A program made the position numbers and the translations under genes. Under the pieces are notes generated by a model that was not told the origin of the DNA, searched no databases, and was given only the letters and a program-made list of their open reading frames with translations. A stretch of 64,000 bases of DNA from Bacilli bacterium (GTDB taxonomy: Bacteria; Bacillota_I; Bacilli_A; RFN20; CAG-826). This document shows, in pieces, positions 57,805 through 64,000 of this stretch (its first letter is position 1; each line of letters opens with the position of its first letter). The stretch covers positions 16,145 through 80,144 of the forward strand of contig JAZLFJ010000028.1 in assembly GCA_045615665.1 (NCBI GenBank). Reading direction: 5' to 3'.

Positions 57805-58471
57805 TTTGTTCAATATACGCTTCTATGGCGTTGGTGTCTTCTAATGTGGTGATTTTTTTCAGTTTTTCTTCACCAGGAATGATAACAACTTTTTTATCTA
57901 GTAATTTAACTAATTGTGTGTCATCGGTAGCCTCTTTGCCTTCAAATTTTTGATGTGCTTCTTTAATTACATTAACTTTAAAGGCTTGAGGAGTTTGAAT
58001 GCGATACAATTCGTCTCTATTCTCGAATGATAATAGTTCACCATTTTTGACTTTGACGATTGTATCGACAACTTTAATTGCAGGGGTTGCTCCGTCTGCA
58101 TCTTTAAGGGCTTCTATTAAGGAAGAGATAACCTTTTCATCGACGAGTGGTCTAGCGGAATCATGGATTAAGACGTAACCATCTTCTTTAATGTAATCTA
58201 ATCCATTTTTAACGCTTTCCTGTCTAACGTTACCGCCGACAACGATGGCTTTTACTTTGGTGAAATTGTTTGCGTTTACTAAATTAGTAATAATCTCAAA
58301 ATCTTCACTAGAAGATACAACAATTATTTCATCAATTAATTCTGAATTATTGAATGTATTTAAGGAATAATATAAAACTTCTCTTCCTTTAACTTTGAAA
58401 AATTGTTTTTTTGTATTATCAGCAAATCTAGTTGATGATCCTGCTGCTAAGAGAAGAACAAAAGTTTTCAT
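57785..58471 (-). CDS. ispD: 2-C-methyl-D-erythritol 4-phosphate cytidylyltransferase
   Basis: LAAGSSTRF, RQESVKNGL, LIHDSARP, QTPQAF, TDD, KITT.ED. Confidence 0.9.
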   Translation of the reverse strand: MKTFVLLLAAGSSTRFADNTKKQFFKVKGREVLYYSLNTFNNSELIDEIIVVSSSEDFEIITNLVNANNFTKVKAIVVGGNVRQESVKNGLDYIKEDGYVLIHDSARPLVDEKVISSLIEALKDADGATPAIKVVDTIVKVKNGELLSFENRDELYRIQTPQAFKVNVIKEAHQKFEGKEATDDTQLVKLLDKKVVIIPGEEKLKKITTLEDTNAIEAYIEQNEHLQN

Positions 58472-58472
58472 T

Positions 58473-59318
58473 TTATTCGCCACTAAGTTTTTTAAATGTT
58501 TCGTCTTCTTTACGTTTTAATTCGGTATTGACGGCAACTTGTTTAATGATGGATTTAACCGTTTTATCTAGGTTTGAACCTTCGGTATAATTGCCAGTAA
58601 ATGCGAAATTAACACGATTTTCTTTAACAAGTTTTTGTATGCTACTTTTGTCCTTTTTCGAATAGATGGCGATTGATTTTCCGCCATTGTTCTTAAGAAC
58701 TTGCATACATGGTACATCGGTCATTCCGTCACCAAGATAAATCATATTGGTGTATGGGATGCGGTGTTCTTTTTCTTTTTCGTTAATCTTTTTATCATCT
58801 CTTAGGTCTGTTGCGCCTTTAGAAATTCTAAAGAGATATTGTGTCTTTTGAGTGTAGTTGACCGCAAGTTTTGGCCAGACTGGAACTTGGGTTTCTGGAT
58901 CAAAATAGAATTCGCAGCCATAGATTTCTTTGAAATATTTAGCGATTTTCGAACCTTCAACAATTTCTTTTGTTCCAGAACTTAATAAATAGTGTTCAAC
59001 TTTAACATCGTGGGCTTGACCATATTTATTAATTCTTGAGAACCAGCTTTCCACGCCTGGATAATATTCGATTTTCTTTCCGCATTCATTAAGGAATTTT
59101 CTTGTAAGTTTAATTCCTTTTTCTTCGGAAAGTTTAATCATCATATACATATAGGAAAGAATTCTTTCAACTTCACTTTTTTTAGAAAACTCTCCTGTTG
59201 CCCCCCAGAATTCATCTGGTTTCATTCCAAGGGCTGGGATGAACGAATAATTCTGCATATCGGTTGTCGATAGAGTTTTATCGAAATCATACAGAATTGC
59301 GACGATTGGTTTTTTCAT
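58473..59318 (-). CDS. HAD-superfamily hydrolase
   Basis: YDFDKTLS (motif I), LLSSG (motif II), YLGDGMTDVP (motif IV). Confidence 0.85.
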   Translation of the reverse strand: MKKPIVAILYDFDKTLSTTDMQNYSFIPALGMKPDEFWGATGEFSKKSEVERILSYMYMMIKLSEEKGIKLTRKFLNECGKKIEYYPGVESWFSRINKYGQAHDVKVEHYLLSSGTKEIVEGSKIAKYFKEIYGCEFYFDPETQVPVWPKLAVNYTQKTQYLFRISKGATDLRDDKKINEKEKEHRIPYTNMIYLGDGMTDVPCMQVLKNNGGKSIAIYSKKDKSSIQKLVKENRVNFAFTGNYTEGSNLDKTVKSIIKQVAVNTELKRKEDETFKKLSGE

Positions 59319-59391
59319 ATGCTTACCTCGCTTAAAACATTACCAAAAGGTAAACGCTATGTCAATTTATGTGGTTGGCAAAATTGCCAAA

Positions 59392-60624
59392 TTATAGTTT
59401 TTTATATGGGAGAGGATAACGAGATGTTAAAGCAATAACTTTCTTATGGATTTCTTGAAGTTTTGTTTCATCATCTTTGCTTGCGATAGCTTCATCGATA
59501 TATTTGGCTACGAGTTCCATATCTGCTTCTACAAATCCCCTAGTGGTGATGGCGGCAGTTCCAATACGAATACCGCTTGTAACCATTGGTGGAAGTGGAT
59601 CGCCTGGAATGGTGTTTTTATTGACAGTGATTCCTACTAAATCAAGGAGTTTTTCAACTTCCTTACCAGTCATTCCTTTTGTAGAGTAAGTATCAACTAA
59701 AATTAAGTGGTTATCTGTACCACCAGTAACAAGCTTGTATCCACGCTTGATTAAGGCTGCAGCAAGAGCCTTACAATTCTTAATGATTTGTTCACAATAT
59801 TTCTTGAATTCTGGTTGGAGATCTTCGTTAAAACATACGGCTTTTGCAGCGATAATGTGCATTAATGGGCCACCCTGGATACCTGGGAATAGCTTGGAAT
59901 TTATGGACTTATAAATCTCTTCGTTGTTGGTTAAAATCATACCGCCACGAGGGCCTCTTAAAGTCTTGTGAGTTGTGGTGGTAACAATGTCTGCATAATC
60001 GCAAGGATTTGGATGGAGACCAGTCGCGACTAAACCAGCGATGTGAGCCATATCAACCATGAAATATGCACCGACTTCATCTGCAACTTTTTTGAAGAAA
60101 GCGAAATCAATAATTCTGCTGTATGCAGATGCGCCAGCAAGGATTAGTTGAGGCTTTTCTTTAATAGCAAGTTCTCTCATTGCTTCATAATCAATGAAAC
60201 CATTTTCGTCGACGTCATAATGGACGAAAACGTAATCGCTTCCTGAAAATGACAATTTATGACCATGCGTTAAATGTCCGCCATTGGAAAGTGACATTGA
60301 TAAAATTTTGTCCCCAGGTTTAAGAATTGAACGATAAGCTGCCATGTTGGCTTGACTTCCTGAATGCGGTTGAACATTCGCGTATTTAACGTTGAATAAT
60401 TGTTTGGCTAAATTTTGAGCTTCTCTTTCAACCATATCGACGTTTTCACAGCCACCGTAATAACGTCTTCCTGGATAGCCTTCCGCATATTTATTTGTGA
60501 GAATAGATCCACAGGATTCTAAAACATCGTTAGAAACATAGTTTTCAGACGCAATTAATTCAATATTATTCTGTTGTCTTGCTAATTCGGCATTAATAAA
60601 ATTTCTTATCGTTTCATTTTTCAT
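59392..60624 (-). CDS. glyA: Serine hydroxymethyltransferase
   Basis: [44 protein letters not shown]. Confidence 0.97.
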   Translation of the reverse strand: MKNETIRNFINAELARQQNNIELIASENYVSNDVLESCGSILTNKYAEGYPGRRYYGGCENVDMVEREAQNLAKQLFNVKYANVQPHSGSQANMAAYRSILKPGDKILSMSLSNGGHLTHGHKLSFSGSDYVFVHYDVDENGFIDYEAMRELAIKEKPQLILAGASAYSRIIDFAFFKKVADEVGAYFMVDMAHIAGLVATGLHPNPCDYADIVTTTTHKTLRGPRGGMILTNNEEIYKSINSKLFPGIQGGPLMHIIAAKAVCFNEDLQPEFKKYCEQIIKNCKALAAALIKRGYKLVTGGTDNHLILVDTYSTKGMTGKEVEKLLDLVGITVNKNTIPGDPLPPMVTSGIRIGTAAITTRGFVEADMELVAKYIDEAIASKDDETKLQEIHKKVIALTSRYPLPYKKL

Positions 60625-60674
60625 ATAATTAACCTCGTCTAAATATAATACTTACTGAAAGTAAGATTGTAAAT

Positions 60675-60705
60675 AAAAAGCAGAACTTTTGTTCTGCTAT
60701 TTTTT
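60675..60705 (-). terminator. Terminator after tRNA-Leu(GAG)
   Basis: Minus strand agcagaac-aaaa-gttctgct then ttttt. Confidence 0.7.
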
Positions 60706-60710
60706 ATAAA

Positions 60711-60795
60711 TGGTGCAGCGAATGAGAATCGAACTCACACAGGTTGCCCTATACGCCCCTCAAACGTACGCGTCTACCAGTTCCGCCATCGCTGC
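60711..60795 (-). tRNA. tRNA-Leu(GAG)
   Basis: tacgt-ttGAGgg-gcgta, long variable arm, encoded CCA. Confidence 0.93.
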
Positions 60796-60850
60796 AGCGA
60801 TAAATAATATACTATTAAATTAGTCTATTAACAAGTAGAAACTTAGACGC

Positions 60851-61114
60851 TTAATTTTCTTCTTTTATTTGTTTTAAAGCCTGGGCTAATTGATCTGGAC
60901 AGCTAGTTAAACCAGTTCTAGATCCTCTGCACTGAATTCCTTCGAGCAATGCAATAACATTATCGATAGAACGACCTTCGACTAGTTTCGCCACTGCTTG
61001 TCTATTACCCTGACAACCACCAAATATTTCGACATGTTTAATAACGCCATCATCGACTGAGATGATCATTTTTTGGGCGCAGACATTTTTGGGCGCAAAT
61101 TCAATTGTTTTCAT
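60851..61114 (-). CDS. TIGR03905-type stand-alone TSCPD domain protein
   Basis: NVCAQ...FGGCQGN...GIQC...TSCPDQLAQAL. Confidence 0.85.
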   Translation of the reverse strand: MKTIEFAPKNVCAQKMIISVDDGVIKHVEIFGGCQGNRQAVAKLVEGRSIDNVIALLEGIQCRGSRTGLTSCPDQLAQALKQIKEEN

Positions 61115-61686
61115 TATTTAACAATTTCGCCATAGACTTCGCCAGAACACATTCCAGCGTTTGATTCATCGGTGTCAATATGCATTGCTAAAGCAAAATC
61201 ATCTCTAACTCTAATGACAACATCATCAAAGACAACTTTACGACCTTCACGTCCAGTTGCAACTTTGACAATTTCACCATTCTTAACACCGAATTCTTCA
61301 GCATCTTTTGGTGTCATATGAATATGACGTTTAGCAACGATAACGCCTTCTTTGATTTCAACTTCACCTGCAGGACCAACAATTTTGATACCTGGAGTAC
61401 CCGCGACATCGCCAGATTCTCTAACTGGTGCTTGAATACCTAATGTACGAGCGTCGGTTAATGAAATTTCTACTTGGTCAGCTTTTCTAACTGGTCCAAG
61501 AATCGAAACTCCTGAGATGGTTCTTTTTGGTCCAACTAAATCAAGTTTAGTAAACGAGACGAATTGTCCTGGTTGAGAAAGCATTGCTTTCACTTCTAAT
61601 TTTGCATCTTTTCCGCAAAGGGCTTCTAATGTTTCTTGAGTGACATGAATGTGTCTTGCGGATGTTTCTACTAAGATTTTTTTCAT
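61114..61686 (-). CDS. pduL: PduL-type phosphate acyltransferase (phosphotransacylase)
   Basis: SARHIH, LSQPGQF, ILGPVR..QVEISLTDA, RESGD..GTPG, AKRHIHM, MHIDTDESNA. Confidence 0.9.
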   Translation of the reverse strand: MKKILVETSARHIHVTQETLEALCGKDAKLEVKAMLSQPGQFVSFTKLDLVGPKRTISGVSILGPVRKADQVEISLTDARTLGIQAPVRESGDVAGTPGIKIVGPAGEVEIKEGVIVAKRHIHMTPKDAEEFGVKNGEIVKVATGREGRKVVFDDVVIRVRDDFALAMHIDTDESNAGMCSGEVYGEIVK

Positions 61687-61787
61687 AAAACTTTCCTTCT
61701 TATGGCTAGTATTGTAGCACATTTAAAAAACATTTTACTTTCTTTATTTAAGTAAAGAATATAAAATTTTTGAGAAAGGATTTGAAA

Positions 61788-63224
61788 ATGGAAAACGAAT
61801 ACATTTCAACCGCTCAGATTGAAAAGTTAATTGACGAGAAAAAAGTAAAAGAAATTCGCCAAATTTTTGAAGTGGTTCCAACTATTGATATCGCTGAAGC
61901 ATTATCCGATATCGAAGATACCAAGAAAATCATTTTCGTTTTCAAAACTGTTAAATCCGAATACACTGCCGATTTATTCACTGAATTAAAACCAGAATTA
62001 AAAGAAGATTTAATCAATTTACTTAGTAATGATGAACTTGCTGACATCTTAGAACAACAATTCACCGATGACTTAGTTGATGATCTTGAAGAATTACCTG
62101 CAAACATAGTCACTCGAGTTTTAAGAAATGTTCCGAAAGAAAGACGCGCGACTATTAATAAATTATTGAATTATAAGGAAGACTCAGCAGGTTCAATCAT
62201 GACAACTGAGTTTGTTGTCCTTCTTTCAAATTTAACCGCTGATGAAGCAATCGCGGAAATTAGAAAAACTGGCAAAAACAAAGAAACAATTTACACATTG
62301 TTTGTCATGGATAATAAAAGAAATCTTGTCGGCACCCTCGACTTAGATGATTTAATCTTTGCAAAAGGTGATCAAAAGATTACTGAAATTATGAACCGTG
62401 ACTTTGTCACCGTTAATGTTAATGATGACCAAGAAGAAGTTGCTAACGTGGTTAAGCGTTATGACTTAAACGCTGTTGCAGTTTTAAATAACGACGGCCG
62501 TTTAATTGGTCTTGTTACCGTCGACGACGTCATGGATATTATCGAAGAAGAAACAACCGAAGATATTTCCAAAATGCAAATGGTTACTCCTTTGGAAAAT
62601 TCCTATCTTGAAACTTCGCCTTTAAAAATGGCAAAGAAATGTGTTCCTTGGATTGTGGTTTTACTTATTCTTGGAACGTTCTCCTCGATGGTTCTTTCCA
62701 TCTTCGAAGACCGAATCGCAAGCATCGCTATTTTAGCAGCCTTTATTCCAGTTCTTATGGATACCGGAGGAAACGCTGGAGGACAAACTATTGCTCTTAT
62801 GATTCGCGGCATTTCTCTTCAAGAATTTGGACCAAAAGATTTTTGGAAGATTATGAGAAAAGAATCTGTTTCTGCGGCGATAATTGCTGTTTGCGTTGGT
62901 ATTTTTGCCTTTGTATGGTTCTCAGTTGAACAGTATTTTGGAATAGTCACAAATTCGAATTTAGGCTATGACGCATCAATCTGGATTGGCAATTGCTGGA
63001 GTCAAGAATTCCTACTTGAAGTCATTAAAGTTTCTGGTCTTGTTGCAGGCACTTTAACTATTGGAATGTTCCTTTCGAAAATGGTCGCCGTTTTTCTTCC
63101 AATGGGTGCGGCCGCAATTAAAAAAGATCCAGCGATTGTTTCCCAACCTTTATTGACTACAATCGTCGATGTTGCATCCTTGCTTGTTTATTTTGGAATA
63201 GCATCTTTAATTTTCGTTTTCTAA
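61788..63224 (+). CDS. mgtE: Magnesium transporter MgtE
   Basis: DSAGSIMTTE, CBS pair, GLVTVDD, GGNAGGQT, DPAIVSQPLLTTIVD. Confidence 0.95.
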   Translation: MENEYISTAQIEKLIDEKKVKEIRQIFEVVPTIDIAEALSDIEDTKKIIFVFKTVKSEYTADLFTELKPELKEDLINLLSNDELADILEQQFTDDLVDDLEELPANIVTRVLRNVPKERRATINKLLNYKEDSAGSIMTTEFVVLLSNLTADEAIAEIRKTGKNKETIYTLFVMDNKRNLVGTLDLDDLIFAKGDQKITEIMNRDFVTVNVNDDQEEVANVVKRYDLNAVAVLNNDGRLIGLVTVDDVMDIIEEETTEDISKMQMVTPLENSYLETSPLKMAKKCVPWIVVLLILGTFSSMVLSIFEDRIASIAILAAFIPVLMDTGGNAGGQTIALMIRGISLQEFGPKDFWKIMRKESVSAAIIAVCVGIFAFVWFSVEQYFGIVTNSNLGYDASIWIGNCWSQEFLLEVIKVSGLVAGTLTIGMFLSKMVAVFLPMGAAAIKKDPAIVSQPLLTTIVDVASLLVYFGIASLIFVF

Positions 63225-63228
63225 AAAT

Positions 63229-64000
63229 ATGTCTAATATTGCTATCGATATCGTTTGTCCAGTTTACGGAAAACTCGAAGAGATTTCTTCTCTTTATGAT
63301 TCCTTTTCAAAGCAAACGAATGTCGATATCAAAAAGATTGTTTGTCCTTTAACGATTTCAAATGAAGAAGAGGCAAAACAAATTGAAGAATTTTTCAAAG
63401 AAAAAAACATCATTTATTTTTTAGTTAGAAAAGAAGATTTTTCTCATAGTTTGACACGTCAAAAAGCCATCATCGATTATTGTAAATCTAGATGTGTAAT
63501 CATGATGTCTCAAGATGTTAAGCTCATCAATGAGAATGCTTTTTATAATCTTGTTAAATCAATCGATTCTAAAGAAACTGTTTATAATTATGGTCGACAA
63601 ATCTGTACGAACCATTCAATTGAAAGATATATCAGGAAGAAAAACTACCCAAAGAAATCACTTGTCGTTTCAAAAGATGATATTGAGAAATATGGGTTAC
63701 TAACTTTCTTCTCATCAGATGCGTTCTCTGCATATGATCGCGATGTCTTTATTAAAGAAGGTGGCTATAATGGTTATGACGTTATGATGAGTGAAGATAT
63801 GCTTTACTCATATTTCATCATTAATAAAGGCTATAAGAAAGCTTATGTTGCTGAAGCGGTGGTGGCTCATTCGCACAAATACAAACTTAAACAGCTTTAT
63901 CACCGTTATGAAGAAACTGGTAAGTTCTTTAATCAAGTTAAATTATTTAATGATTATGGTGCGACAGGTGGAGGACTTAAACTCGCAGTTTATGTTTTCT
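63229..64000 (+). CDS. GT2 glycosyltransferase (rhamnosyltransferase-like), 3' truncated by window edge; absent from the ORF track
   Basis: Frame open to the window end: IDIVCPVYG, FSHSLTRQ, MMSQDV (DxD-like), FFSSDAFSAYDR, SEDM, VAHSH. Confidence 0.85.
   Translation, partial: MSNIAIDIVCPVYGKLEEISSLYDSFSKQTNVDIKKIVCPLTISNEEEAKQIEEFFKEKNIIYFLVRKEDFSHSLTRQKAIIDYCKSRCVIMMSQDVKLINENAFYNLVKSIDSKETVYNYGRQICTNHSIERYIRKKNYPKKSLVVSKDDIEKYGLLTFFSSDAFSAYDRDVFIKEGGYNGYDVMMSEDMLYSYFIINKGYKKAYVAEAVVAHSHKYKLKQLYHRYEETGKFFNQVKLFNDYGATGGGLKLAVYVF

Noticed and set aside
1-64000. Mycoplasma-type genetic code (TGA=Trp)
   Set aside because: Trp is encoded by TGG, and TGA acts as stop at several ATGA overlaps (276, 1460, 21747, 38427, 42378) with full-length products

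Overview
This is a low-GC chromosomal segment from a member of Bacilli using genetic code 11. Gene order and gene reduction suggest an Erysipelotrichia/Mollicutes-related lineage such as RF39/RFN20 (inference). It holds about 68 CDSs, mostly core housekeeping: suf operon, mnmG-rsmG, cmk-der-hup, dnaD-nth, recU, gpsB-rnpB, pgsA-cinA-recA-rny-ymdB-miaB-miaA, fhs, ychF, argS-rpoE, pgi, glyA and mgtE. It also has 7 tRNA genes (all with encoded CCA), a type B RNase P RNA, and an FMN riboswitch with a clear SD-sequestering platform ahead of ribU. Accessory parts are the 3' end of a surface-polysaccharide locus at the left edge (with an apparently dead BY-kinase and a VanZ protein carrying inserted Ig-like domains), an AbiE-type type IV toxin-antitoxin pair, a tandem MacB-type ABC pair with an M6 metalloprotease, and the start of a GT2 gene at the right edge. 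The best candidate for an undescribed system is two overlapping large lipoprotein genes (11295-15072) that look like heavily expanded PrsA/parvulin foldases, one keeping both parvulin His motifs and one degenerate, placed directly upstream of a HIT gene. I saw no CRISPR array, IS element, integrase or prophage. No searches could be run; family calls rest on motifs read by eye.
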